Of a stretch of DNA of 64,000 nt, positions 27,746 to 37,258 are shown in pieces. Each line of letters starts with the position of its first letter. Position 1 is the first letter of the stretch. Under the pieces are notes generated by a model. The model searched no databases and was not told the origin of the DNA. It saw nothing but the letters and a program-made list of their open reading frames with translations. The DNA comes from an uncultured Gemmatimonadaceae bacterium (lineage in GTDB: Bacteria > Gemmatimonadota > Gemmatimonadetes > Gemmatimonadales > Gemmatimonadaceae), in NCBI GenBank assembly GCA_963843845.1, contig CAWJMB010000002.1, positions 896,001 through 960,000 of the forward strand, read 5' to 3'. The position numbers and the translations under genes are program-made.

Positions 27746-29244
27746 CCGCTCTGCGCTCCTCGTTCTTCGCGCTCGCCACCGTCGCGACCACGTCCGTCCT
27801 GACGGCGACGTCGTCAGGCGCTCAGGACGCGCCGGCCGCCGACACGACGCCGGCCGGCGCGTCGCTCGCCAGCATGGGGCTGACCGTCACGTCGGCGCAC
27901 CCGCTGGGCACGCTGCGTGAGCAGGCCGCGATTCAGCAGCGGTGGCTCACGCGCCGCATGAACGACGTGCTCCCGGCGCTGCTGCGCAAGCACAACGTCG
28001 ACGCCTGGGTGCTGCCGATGCGCGAGTACAACGAGGACCCCGTGTTCTCGTCGATCGTCGCGCCCGAGACGTTCGCGGCGCGGCGGCGAACGATCTACGT
28101 CTTCAACGACCGCTGCCGCGGAAACGTCGGCGCCGGGGCACCGGCCGGGTCGTGCGCGGTCGAGCGGCTCGCGTTGGGCGGCACGTCGCAGGGAGGCGTC
28201 TACGAGGCGTTCCGGGCGTCGACGCCGGTGCCGACGACGCCGGGCGTGACGGTCGCCGCCGGCAGCGGCTCGCGCGGCGCGAACGCCGAGCTGTGGGGCG
28301 ACGAGCAGTGGCAGGTCCTGAAGCGCGTGCTCGACGACCGCGAGCCGCGCCGCATCGCGATCAACACGTCGCGCGTGTTCGCGTTCTCCGACGGGCTGTC
28401 GTCGGGCGAGCTGGAAGGGATGTCCGCCGCGTTGGGCGCGCGGTGGACGAGCCGCTTCGTGCGCGTCGACGCGCTGCCGCTCGAGATGATCGCGACGCGC
28501 CTCCCGGAAGAGGACGCGGTCTACCGCGAGATGACGAAGCTCGTCTGGCAGATCATCGGCGAGGCGTTCTCGAACGCGGTCATCACCCCCGGCAAGACGC
28601 GCACGAGCGACGTCGTGTGGTGGATGCGGCAGCGCGTGAACGATTACGGCATGGGCAGCTGGTTCCAGCCCTCGGTCGAGGTGCAGCGCAACGGCTGGAC
28701 GGCCGAGCGGCTCGGCGAGAGTCCGGTGATCGAGCGCGGGGACGTGCTGCACTGCGACTTCGGGCTCGTCGCGATGCGGCTCAACACCGACACGCAGCAC
28801 ATGGGCTACGTCCTCCGCGAAGGCGAGACCGACGTCCCTGCCGGCCTCAAGGCCGCGCTCCGCAACTCGAACCGCCTGCAGGACATGCTGATGGCCGAAG
28901 TGCGGCCGGGGCGCACGGGGAACGAGGTGCTGCGCGCGACGCAGCAGCGGATGAAGGCGGCGGGAATCAACGGCACGATCTACACGCACCCGATCGGCAT
29001 GCACGGCCACGGCGCCGGCCCGCTCATCGGCCTGTGGGACTACCAGGACGGCGTGCCCGGGCGCGGCGACGCGACGGTGATTCCGCGGATGTGGTTCTCG
29101 ATCGAGCTCCAGGCGACGACGCCGGTGCCGGAGTGGGGCGGACAGCAGGTGCGCTCGGCGCAGGAAGAAGACATGATCGTCGGGGCGGACGGCGTCGCGC
29201 GGTGGGCGTGGCGGCGGCAGTCGACGTTCCACCTCGTGCGGTGA
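27742..29244 (+). CDS. M24 family metallopeptidase, exported
   Basis: MREYNEDP, HCDFG, NTDTQH, THPIGMHGHGAG, SIEL, EED. Confidence 0.85.
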   Translation: MTALRSSFFALATVATTSVLTATSSGAQDAPAADTTPAGASLASMGLTVTSAHPLGTLREQAAIQQRWLTRRMNDVLPALLRKHNVDAWVLPMREYNEDPVFSSIVAPETFAARRRTIYVFNDRCRGNVGAGAPAGSCAVERLALGGTSQGGVYEAFRASTPVPTTPGVTVAAGSGSRGANAELWGDEQWQVLKRVLDDREPRRIAINTSRVFAFSDGLSSGELEGMSAALGARWTSRFVRVDALPLEMIATRLPEEDAVYREMTKLVWQIIGEAFSNAVITPGKTRTSDVVWWMRQRVNDYGMGSWFQPSVEVQRNGWTAERLGESPVIERGDVLHCDFGLVAMRLNTDTQHMGYVLREGETDVPAGLKAALRNSNRLQDMLMAEVRPGRTGNEVLRATQQRMKAAGINGTIYTHPIGMHGHGAGPLIGLWDYQDGVPGRGDATVIPRMWFSIELQATTPVPEWGGQQVRSAQEEDMIVGADGVARWAWRRQSTFHLVR

Positions 29245-30857
29245 CGCCCGAGTCGGCCGCCCGCGCGGAGGGTGCACGCGCGGAGGCGCTGCGAGACCGG
29301 CTGCCGGTCGCGACGATCTGTCTGCTCGCCGGCGTCAGCTACTACGTGCTGATCTGGAAGCAGACGACCTCGACGATCGTGCGCAGCGGTGTCGGCCTGG
29401 TCGCGCTGATCGGCCTGACGCTCGTCGCGATGCTGCTGCTGCGCGACGCGCGCGGGCGCGACACGTGGGAGGCGTTCCTCGTCCGCTCGCGCCTGCTCGT
29501 CGTGCTCGTGCTCGCGATCTTCGGCGCGGCGTTCATGGGGGTCGTGCTGAGCGAGAGCGACCGCGCGTTGGGGGTGAAGCTGTTCGCCGTCGCGTTCTTC
29601 TCCGCGCTGCCGGCGTGGTTCTACTGGCTCTTCATCACGCGCAAGGGGCCGGCGCTGTGGGACGAGTACACGATGAACCTGCACCGGCTCGGCATCGACC
29701 GGCCGGGGTCGCTGCCCGAGCCGCCCCTCCACTCGCCGTTCCACCTGGAGTGGGCGCGCGACCGGGCGACGATCGCCACCGAGCAGCCGGCGGAGGACAA
29801 CTACTACCGCAAGAAGTTCGACGGCGCGTTCGGCTCGATGCTGAGCGACCCCTCCAAAGCCGTCTTCGGCACCGAGAACGCGCTCCCCGTCGTCGCGTCG
29901 ACGGTGCTCATCTCGGTCGGGTGGGCGGTGGTGCTGCAACCCGAGACGGTGTTCGCCTACGGCGTGCTGCCGCCGTTCAAGGCGAGCGGGCTGCCGAACG
30001 TGCCGATCGAGGCGCTGCGGTTCGCGTTCCTCGGCGCCTACTTCTACGTCCTGCAGATGCTCGTTCGCCGCTTCTACTCGAACGACCTGAAGGCGGGCGC
30101 CTACGTCAACGCGACGGTGCGCATCGTGGTCGTGCTGCTGCTGACGTGGATCCTCGGCACGATCTGGAACGACGAGGCGACGCGCGGCTGGCAGCTCGGC
30201 GCCGCCTTCACGATCGGGGTGCTGCCGGACGTCGGCTGGCAACTGCTGCAGCGCGCCGTCAAGGTGCCCCTCGCCCGGGCGACGAACGCGTTCAAGCAGC
30301 GCTACCCCCTGTCCGAGCTCGACGGCTTCAATCTCTGGTACGAGTCGCGGCTCGTCGAGGAGGGGGTCGAGGACATGCAGACGCTCGTGACGGCGAATCT
30401 GGTCGATCTCATGTTGCACACGCGCGTACCGGTCGAGCGACTCGTCGACTGGCTCGATCAGGCGATCCTCGCGCTGCACCTGCCCCCCGGCATCGACGAT
30501 CACTCGCCGAGGTCGCGGCTGCGCCAGTACGGGATCCGGACCGCGACCGACCTGCTCGACGCGCACGACCGGCGGGGGCGCGTGTGGCGTGTGCCGGGGA
30601 TCGAGCGGGTGCTGAACGCGGCGAACGACCCGCCGGAGGCGCCGGTCGTGCTCGACGCGGTCCGCACGTCGCTGCGCCGGGAGCCGGTGCTCGTGCACGT
30701 GCGGCACTGGCGGTCGTTCGTCAACGAGCACCTGCTGCACGCGGTGGAGGAGCGCGCCGTCGTCGCCGTCGAGACGGTGTACGCCGACCGAGCCAGCCCG
30801 GCGGAGGCGGGGCGAGGGAGCGCGCTGTCGACCGTCCCGACGTCATTCCGAGCGTAG
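29241..30857 (+). CDS. Multi-pass membrane protein with C-terminal helix-hairpin-helix-like region
   Basis: About 8 hydrophobic segments, then PLSELDGFNLWYESRLVEEGVEDMQTL and LRQYGIRTATDLL. Confidence 0.7.
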   Translation: MTPESAARAEGARAEALRDRLPVATICLLAGVSYYVLIWKQTTSTIVRSGVGLVALIGLTLVAMLLLRDARGRDTWEAFLVRSRLLVVLVLAIFGAAFMGVVLSESDRALGVKLFAVAFFSALPAWFYWLFITRKGPALWDEYTMNLHRLGIDRPGSLPEPPLHSPFHLEWARDRATIATEQPAEDNYYRKKFDGAFGSMLSDPSKAVFGTENALPVVASTVLISVGWAVVLQPETVFAYGVLPPFKASGLPNVPIEALRFAFLGAYFYVLQMLVRRFYSNDLKAGAYVNATVRIVVVLLLTWILGTIWNDEATRGWQLGAAFTIGVLPDVGWQLLQRAVKVPLARATNAFKQRYPLSELDGFNLWYESRLVEEGVEDMQTLVTANLVDLMLHTRVPVERLVDWLDQAILALHLPPGIDDHSPRSRLRQYGIRTATDLLDAHDRRGRVWRVPGIERVLNAANDPPEAPVVLDAVRTSLRREPVLVHVRHWRSFVNEHLLHAVEERAVVAVETVYADRASPAEAGRGSALSTVPTSFRA

Positions 30858-30952
30858 CGAGCGACGCGAGGATTCGCGCGGGACGCACGGGCATCGTGGC
30901 ACCGGGGCGCTCGCTCCGCTCAGGACGGGCGTGAAGTCATTAGACTTGGGGT

Positions 30953-31369
30953 ATGCTGCGCAACAACAAGCGACTGCTCGTCGTCGGCGATCGCGTGCTG
31001 ATCCGTGTCGAGGACGGCGAGGAGCGGACGAACGTCGGCCTGTATCTGCCGCCGACCGCGATCGACAATCAGGCGGTGCAGGGCGGCCGCATCGTGGCGA
31101 CCGGGCCGGGGCAGCCGATGCCCGACCTGTCGGCCGACACCGACGAGCCGTGGCGGATCGGTGCCGCGCAGCGCGAGTCGAAGTTCGTCCCGATGCAGGC
31201 GCAGACCGGCGACTACGCGCTGTTCTTCCGCAAGGCCGCCGTCGAGATCACGTTCGAGCAGGAGCGATATCTCGTCGTGCCGCAGGCGGCGATCCTCGCC
31301 CTCGTGCGCGACGCGCTGGAAGCGCGCGAGGACGACGACGCGGACGACGTGCCGCACCTGTTCGGCTGA
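30953..31369 (+). CDS. groES: Co-chaperonin GroES family protein
   Basis: GDRVLI, GLYLPPTA, GRIVATGPG, GDYALF, YLVVPQAAILA. Confidence 0.8.
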   Translation: MLRNNKRLLVVGDRVLIRVEDGEERTNVGLYLPPTAIDNQAVQGGRIVATGPGQPMPDLSADTDEPWRIGAAQRESKFVPMQAQTGDYALFFRKAAVEITFEQERYLVVPQAAILALVRDALEAREDDDADDVPHLFG

Positions 31370-31397
31370 ATTCCATCTGTCTTTCGAGGGGGTTGTC

Positions 31398-31844
31398 ATG
31401 TATCCAGAGATGCTCGTCGCTCCGATGCGGCAGGAGCTCACGCGACTCGGCGTCGAGGAGCTGCGCACGGCGGAGCAGGTCGACGCGGCCATGCAGCGTG
31501 GCGGCACGACGCTCGTCGTCGTGAACTCGGTGTGCGGCTGCGGGGCGCGCTCGGCGCGGCCGGCGGTGGCGCTGGCGGTCGAGCACGGTGTGAAGCCGGA
31601 TCATCTGACGACGGTGTTCGCGGGGCAGGACTCGGCAGCCACCGAGCGGGCGCGCGGGTACTTCACGGGCTACCCGCCGTCGTCGCCGGCGATCGCGCTC
31701 ATGAAGGACGGCGAGATCGTGCACATGATCGAGCGGTGGCAGATCGAGGGGCGGTACGCGCAGCAGATCGCCGCCGACCTCACGGCCGCCTTCGACCGCT
31801 ACTGCGCGCCGGCAGACACCGCGGCCGCGCCGGCGACGGTGTGA
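31398..31844 (+). CDS. BrxA/BrxB family bacilliredoxin
   Basis: PMRQELT, VNSVCGC, TVFAGQD, PPSSP, IEGR. Confidence 0.9.
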   Translation: MYPEMLVAPMRQELTRLGVEELRTAEQVDAAMQRGGTTLVVVNSVCGCGARSARPAVALAVEHGVKPDHLTTVFAGQDSAATERARGYFTGYPPSSPAIALMKDGEIVHMIERWQIEGRYAQQIAADLTAAFDRYCAPADTAAAPATV

Positions 31845-31882
31845 ACGCGATGCCGTGAGGCGACCCCGATCGCGGATCGCCA

Positions 31883-31916
31883 CGACGCCCCTCCGGTTCG
31901 AACCGGAGGGGCGTCG
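31883..31916. terminator. Perfect 34-bp palindrome downstream of the bacilliredoxin gene
   Basis: CGACGCCCCTCCGGTTCGAACCGGAGGGGCGTCG. Confidence 0.65.
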
Positions 31917-32003
31917 CGCGTCCGGCACATCGTGTGCGTTCCTCGGAGTGCTCAACACGATCTTGCGTGAGATCCCACAGGCGCTTCACCCGAGGACGCA
32001 GTC

Positions 32004-32561
32004 ATGGAACGCAATCCCTCCGATAGCACGACCGGCGCCGGCGCGAGTACGCTCGGCGCGGGCACCGATTCGATCTCCGTCACCGGTCAGGGCGCCGACC
32101 AGAGCGCCACGGGCGGGCAGGCGCAGTCGTCGCAGCAGGGACAGGGACAGCAGCTCGATGACCGCATGCACCAGGCGCGCGACGCGGCGACCGAGAAGTT
32201 CGGCCAGGCGCGCGAGATGGCGGGCGAACGGCTCGATCAGGTGAAGGAGAAGGCGGGGCAGCTCAAGGGGTCGCTCGCCGACCGCCTCGAGGCGGGGGCG
32301 AACTCGCTGCGCGAGCGGGCGGAGCAGGGCGGCGGGCCACAGCTCGCCGGCGCGAACGGCGCCCCGGCCGGCGCGCTCGCCGACTCGCAGATCCAGCGTC
32401 TCGCCGTTCCCGCCGCGGACGCGATGCAGAAGACCGCCGACTTCCTGCGCGACGGCGACCTCAAGGAGGCGCTCGAGGAGCAGGTCCGCAGCAATCCGGC
32501 GCGCACGCTGCTCATCGCGCTGGGCGTCGGCTACCTCCTCGGCAAGGCGGTCCGTCGCTGA
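32004..32561 (+). CDS. DUF883/ElaB-like tail-anchored protein
   Basis: Hydrophilic helical body, C-terminal VRSNPARTLLIALGVGYLLG. Confidence 0.7.
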   Translation: MERNPSDSTTGAGASTLGAGTDSISVTGQGADQSATGGQAQSSQQGQGQQLDDRMHQARDAATEKFGQAREMAGERLDQVKEKAGQLKGSLADRLEAGANSLRERAEQGGGPQLAGANGAPAGALADSQIQRLAVPAADAMQKTADFLRDGDLKEALEEQVRSNPARTLLIALGVGYLLGKAVRR

Positions 32562-32586
32562 GCCGGCGGCGCAGGGGAACCCGCAC

Positions 32587-32990
32587 ATGACCGACACCAC
32601 AGATCCGCGCGGCCTCGGCGCACTCCTCAAGGATTTCGTCGAAGGGAGTGGTGAGCTGGTGCGGCAGGAAGCACAGCTCGCGAAGCTCGAAGCGGGGGTC
32701 CTCGTGCGGCGCGTGGGTGTGGGGACGGCGTCGATCGCGGTCGGCGCCGTGCTCGCCCTGCTCGGCGCGCTCGCGCTGCTCGCGGGGCTGATCCTGCTCG
32801 CGGGCGATCAGTGGCTGCACGATCGATACTGGCTCGCGGCGCTCATCGTCACGCTGCTCGCGGGCGGCGTCGCGGCGATACTTCGCCTGGCGGGGGATGC
32901 AAGCGTCTCTCGCCGAAACAGCTCGTCCCCGACCAGACGGTCGCGACGCTCAAGGAGGATGCGGAATGGCTGAAACGACAGCGGACGTGA
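32587..32990 (+). CDS. Phage-holin-family (YhjD/YqjE-like) membrane protein; indel near 32880
   Basis: LVRQEAQLAKLE plus two TM helices; shifted frame gives PDQTVATLKEDAEWLK. Confidence 0.75.
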
Positions 32991-33394
32991 GGCGCGACAT
33001 CGAGCTCACGCGCGAGCGGATGTCCGACACGCTCGCGCAGCTCGAGCGCAAGGTGAACGTCGGGCAGTACGTGAAGGACAATCCGTGGCCGGCGCTCGGC
33101 CTCGCGTTCGGCGCCGGGCTGCTGCTCAGCGGCACGGGCTCCGACACGAAGGCCGCGGCGGCGACGCTGATGGCGACGAAGGGCGCGAGCGGCAAGGTCG
33201 GCTCGGCGCTCGACGAGATCGTCGCGCGGCTCATGAGCAGCGTCGGCGAGGTGCTCGAGGGGCACGTCGAGACGCTGCTCGGCGAGGTGAAGCAGGCGTT
33301 GGGCGCGCCGCCGGCGTCGTCGACGGGGAACGGCACGCCGCAGAGCTTCGCGAGCTACGCGGGCGCGACGGAGGAGCAGGGGGCGACGGTGTGA
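32966..33394 (+). CDS. DUF3618 domain protein
   Basis: VRRDIELTRERMSDTLAQLERKV..KDNPW. Confidence 0.75.
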   Translation: MAETTADVRRDIELTRERMSDTLAQLERKVNVGQYVKDNPWPALGLAFGAGLLLSGTGSDTKAAAATLMATKGASGKVGSALDEIVARLMSSVGEVLEGHVETLLGEVKQALGAPPASSTGNGTPQSFASYAGATEEQGATV

Positions 33395-33557
33395 AAGGGC
33401 CGCGACGCGGGATCGCGGGATCGGGCCGATCGCGAGGCCGAGTCCCGGTCCCGCGATCGCGGCCGTATCCGGCCGTTCAAGTGTCTCGAGGAGCGTGACG
33501 ACACTGGTCAGTGTTCGACGACCACCGTGTAGTCCACCCTCTCTCGACGAGACCCCG

Positions 33558-33737
33558 ATGTCTTCCCTCCTCCGTACGACCCGTCGTTTCCTTCGCAGCG
33601 AGTCCGGCGCGTCGATGGCCGAGTACGCGCTGCTGCTCGCGGTCATCGCGCTCGTCGCCGTCGTCGGCGCGAAGGCGCTCGGCACCGGCGTGAACACGCA
33701 GCTCAACGCCGCGGCGACGAAGGTCACCACGCCGTAA
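33558..33737 (+). CDS. flp: Flp family type IVb pilin
   Basis: RFLRSESG/ASMAEYALL cleavage and EY motif, hydrophobic helix. Confidence 0.92.
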   Translation: MSSLLRTTRRFLRSESGASMAEYALLLAVIALVAVVGAKALGTGVNTQLNAAATKVTTP

Positions 33738-33759
33738 CGCCGCGCGTTCGGAGGCGACG

Positions 33760-34227
33760 ATGCGCGAGCCGTTCGTGTGGCGCGTGACGCTGAGCGCCCT
33801 CCTGCTCGTCGCCTGCGTGACCGACGTCCGGTCGCGTCGCATCCCGAACGTGCTCGTCCTCGTCGTCGCCGCGTTAGGCCTCGTCCGCGCGGCGATCGGT
33901 GCGCCGGCCGCCGTCACACCCGCGCTGCTCGTCGCGGCGGCGGGCGGGCTGGTCGGACTCGTGCTCTGGCTCCCGGCGTTCGCGCTCGGCGTGCTGGGAG
34001 CGGGCGACGTGAAGCTCTTCGCCGCGACGGCGCTCTGGCTCGGGCCCGCGGCCGGCGCGCGCGCCGCGGTCGCCGTCGCGATCGCCGGCGGAGTGCTCGG
34101 CGGGGTCTGGGTGGTCGCGGCGCGGCGCCGTCCGACGCGCCGACGCACCGCGTCCCGGCACGCGACGATGCCCTACGGACTCGCGGTCGCCGCGGGAACG
34201 CTCGCCGTCGCGTGGGGGCTCGCATGA
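33760..34227 (+). CDS. cpaA: Prepilin peptidase (A24)
   Basis: TDVRSRRIPN, GAGDVKL, MPYGLAV. Confidence 0.88.
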   Translation: MREPFVWRVTLSALLLVACVTDVRSRRIPNVLVLVVAALGLVRAAIGAPAAVTPALLVAAAGGLVGLVLWLPAFALGVLGAGDVKLFAATALWLGPAAGARAAVAVAIAGGVLGGVWVVAARRRPTRRRTASRHATMPYGLAVAAGTLAVAWGLA

Positions 34228-34658
34228 GCCGCCGCATCCTCCAGCGGATGGCGCGCAGCACACGCGGCGCCGCGGTCGTCGAGTTCGCGATCGTCGTGCC
34301 GTTCCTCCTCACGCTGCTGTTGGGCATCATCGACTTCGGCCGCATGTTCGCGGTCGGGGCGAGCCTCGCGGCCGCGGTGCGTGAAGGGGCGCGCGTCGCG
34401 GCCGCCGCGTCGGACCCGTCCGCCGCGGCGACGGTGACGGCGGCGCAGGACCGCGTCATCGGCGCGTTCCAACCGTTAGGCGGCACCGCGCTCACGCGCG
34501 CCGCCGTCACGGTGAGCGCCGTCGACGTGAGCGGCAACGTCACGATCCGCGTCACCGGCTACACGTACGTCCCGATCACACCGATCGCGCGCTTCATCGG
34601 GTTAGGCACCGTCACGCTGACGCGGCAGGCGGTGTTCCGCTGGGAGCGTGCCTCGTAG
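34224..34658 (+). CDS. tadE: TadE-like pseudopilin
   Basis: RGAAVVEFAIVVP, GIIDFG, REGAR. Confidence 0.88.
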   Translation: MSRRILQRMARSTRGAAVVEFAIVVPFLLTLLLGIIDFGRMFAVGASLAAAVREGARVAAAASDPSAAATVTAAQDRVIGAFQPLGGTALTRAAVTVSAVDVSGNVTIRVTGYTYVPITPIARFIGLGTVTLTRQAVFRWERAS

Positions 34659-34690
34659 TGCGCCTCGTAGTGCGCCTCGTAGTGCGCCTC
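34650..34690. repeat. 12-bp tandem repeat GCCTCGTAGTGC x3.4 containing the tadE stop
   Basis: Direct reading. Confidence 0.8.
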
Positions 34691-34764
34691 CTCGCACGGT
34701 CGTGAGCCCGGTCTCGTAGCTGGCGTCTCACAGCGAGGCCCGCACGATCGTCCACGCATCCCTG

Positions 34765-34847
34765 CCCCGCCCGCTCGTCCCGCCGGATCGCCCCCGCCGG
34801 CTCGTCCCCGCCGGCTCGTCCCCGCCGGATCGCCCCCGCCCCATCGT
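34765..34847. repeat. About six 13-14-bp units CCCCGCCGG(C/A)TCG(T/C) upstream of cpaB
   Basis: Direct reading. Confidence 0.75.
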
Positions 34848-34853
34848 CTCTCC

Positions 34854-36074
34854 ATGACCGAACGCCGGTACACCGTCATCTTCGGCGTCGCCCTGCTCAC
34901 CGCGGGGCTGGCGACGCTCGCCGTCTATCGCGCCGTCGCCTCGGCGGGATTCAACCGTCCGGTCGAGACGCGCGCCGTCGTCGTCGCGACCGCGGACGTC
35001 CCCGCCGGCCTGCCGATCGAGGCCCAGACGCTCACCGTCGTGAACTGGCCGGCGAGCGCCGCGCCGGCGAACGGCTTCGCGGTGACCGACTCGCTCGTCG
35101 GCCGTGTGACGCGCGAGGCGCTCGTCAGCGGCTCGCCGGTGCTCGCCGGTGCCCTGGCGCCGAAGGGTGCCGCCGCCGGCTACGAAGGCGCCATCACGCC
35201 CGGCCACCGCGCGGTCTCGATCCGTGTGAACGAGGCGGCCGGCGTGAGCGGCCTCGTGCGGCGCGACAGTCGCGTCGACGTGCTCGTGACGGTGCGCGAC
35301 GATCAGGGCGCCGCGCCAGTCGCCTGGGTCGTCGCCGGCGACGTCCGCGTGCTGGGCGTCGGCGCCGGACGCGCCGGCACGCCCGGCACGCAGGGCTCGC
35401 TCGACGCGCTGCCGACGTCGACGAGCATCACGTCGGTCGTGACGCTCGAAGTCACGCCCGCCGACGCCGCGAAGCTCGTCGCCGCCGAGACGCGCGGAAC
35501 GATCCAGCTCGTGCTGCGGGGCTATGGCAGTCGCGACACGACGCTCGCCGACTACCCGGCCGCGGCGACCGGCGTCGCCGCGCGGGTGCAGAACGCGATG
35601 CCGAGCGTGGCGTCGTCGCGCGTCGCCGCCGCCGATCCGTCGATCGACGTGCAGCGCCTCGCGACGTCGGGCTCCGGCGTGGTGCGGGCGGACGCGCGGC
35701 CGGCGGGCGCGCTCCCCGGGGCCGGACGTGTCGGCCCGCGCACCGGCGTCGGCCGCACCGCGGAGTCCGTCCGACTCGGACGCGGTGGAGTGTTGCCGCC
35801 TGCGTCGCGCGCCGCCGCCGCCGCGCCCGCCTCGAACGCGCCGGCGCCGGTCGTGGTGTCGGCAGCCCCGGCCACCGCACCGGCGCCTTCCGGCCGCGCC
35901 GTGGAAGGGCCCGGGGCCGCGGCGCGCCAGACGCCCGCGGTGCGCGTGTACCGCGGTGGCCGCGGCGACGGCGCCGCCGGCCGCACCGCGGCATCGACCA
36001 ACGCGCCGAACGTGCCTCACCTGCCCAGCGCGCCGAACGCGCCCAACGCTTCCTCCGCGGTGCCGCAGCCATGA
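34854..36074 (+). CDS. cpaB: Flp pilus assembly protein CpaB/RcpC with long Ala/Pro-rich tail
   Basis: VVVATADVPAG (SAF domain), GHRAVSIRV, VDVLVT, VTLEVTP, IQLVLR. Confidence 0.88.
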   Translation: MTERRYTVIFGVALLTAGLATLAVYRAVASAGFNRPVETRAVVVATADVPAGLPIEAQTLTVVNWPASAAPANGFAVTDSLVGRVTREALVSGSPVLAGALAPKGAAAGYEGAITPGHRAVSIRVNEAAGVSGLVRRDSRVDVLVTVRDDQGAAPVAWVVAGDVRVLGVGAGRAGTPGTQGSLDALPTSTSITSVVTLEVTPADAAKLVAAETRGTIQLVLRGYGSRDTTLADYPAAATGVAARVQNAMPSVASSRVAAADPSIDVQRLATSGSGVVRADARPAGALPGAGRVGPRTGVGRTAESVRLGRGGVLPPASRAAAAAPASNAPAPVVVSAAPATAPAPSGRAVEGPGAAARQTPAVRVYRGGRGDGAAGRTAASTNAPNVPHLPSAPNAPNASSAVPQP

Positions 36075-37258
36075 TCCGTCTTCGCCTTGCCCGCGCCGCG
36101 TTGCTCGCGGCCGCCATCGTTCCGCACGCGGTGCCTCGCGCCGCTCGCGCGCAGGCGCCGGTCGCCCAGGCGGGCGCCGTCATTCGCGTGCCGCTCGTCG
36201 CGGGGCGCGTGCAGCCGCTGGCGTTCGACGCCCCGGTGCGCGACGTCGCCGTCGCCGACACGGCGGTCGCCGACGTCATGGTCATCGGCGACCGCGACGT
36301 CGTGCTGACCGGCCGCCGAGCGGGCGAGACCGACGCACTCGTCTGGATCGGGACGGAGCGGCGTCACTACCGTCTCGTCGTCACGTCGCCGACCGACCGC
36401 CAGCAGATCGTCCTCGCCGTGAAGATCGCCGAGGTGCGACGCGACGCGCTGACGCAGGTCGGGTTCAACTTCCTGCGCGAAGGGCGCACGCGCGTCGGGA
36501 GCGGCGAGTTCAATGCGACCGGCGCGCCGTATCGGCTGCCGAACGGCACCGCTGCCCTGGGCAGCGAGTCCGGGTTCGGCACGGTGCTGACCGACTTCGG
36601 CACGCGCAACGTGCTCGCGCTGCTCGACGCCGAAGAGCAGCGCGGCCGCGCCCGCACGCTCGCCGAGCCGACGCTCATGGCTGGCAACCGCGACTCGGCG
36701 ACGTTCCTCGCCGGCGGCGAGATCCCGATCCCGACGGCGGCGCAGCAAGGCGCGAACGGACAGCTCTTCATCACGGTGCTGTTCCGCGAGTTCGGCATCC
36801 GGCTCACGTTCACGCCCGAGATTCTCTCGGACTCGCTGCTGAAGCTGAAGATCCGCCCCGAAGTCTCGAGCCTCGACTACTCGAACGCGCTGATCCTGTC
36901 CGGCGTACGTGTGCCGGCGCTGCGGACGCGGCGGCTCGAGAGCACCATCGACGTGCCGCGCGACCGCAGCCTCATCATCTCCGGGCTGATCGACGATCAG
37001 CGCGAGCGTGTGCGCACCGGCATTCCGGGGCTCATGAACATCCCGGTGCTCGGCGCGCTGTTCTCGAGCACGCGATGGCAGCGCAACGAGAGCGAGCTGA
37101 TCATCGTCGTCACGCCGACGATCGTCGACCCGCTGCGCCCGCGACCGCAGGACACGCTGCCGATCGTGCCCGACAGCACGCTCCCGGCGCGCGAAGCGCT
37201 GCAGCGCCGCCTGCCCCCGGCTCCGGCCGCGTCCACCACGATGCCCCGCGTTCCGTGA
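36071..37258 (+). CDS. cpaC: Tad secretin CpaC/RcpA
   Basis: LAEPTL, FLAGGEIPIP, FREFGIRL, PEVSSLD, IPVLGALF, ELIIVVTP. Confidence 0.92.
   Translation: MIRLRLARAALLAAAIVPHAVPRAARAQAPVAQAGAVIRVPLVAGRVQPLAFDAPVRDVAVADTAVADVMVIGDRDVVLTGRRAGETDALVWIGTERRHYRLVVTSPTDRQQIVLAVKIAEVRRDALTQVGFNFLREGRTRVGSGEFNATGAPYRLPNGTAALGSESGFGTVLTDFGTRNVLALLDAEEQRGRARTLAEPTLMAGNRDSATFLAGGEIPIPTAAQQGANGQLFITVLFREFGIRLTFTPEILSDSLLKLKIRPEVSSLDYSNALILSGVRVPALRTRRLESTIDVPRDRSLIISGLIDDQRERVRTGIPGLMNIPVLGALFSSTRWQRNESELIIVVTPTIVDPLRPRPQDTLPIVPDSTLPAREALQRRLPPAPAASTTMPRVP

Noticed and set aside
32587..32990. Prophage suggested by the holin-family gene
   Set aside because: No phage genes nearby; the context is the cellular DUF883/DUF3618 cluster.
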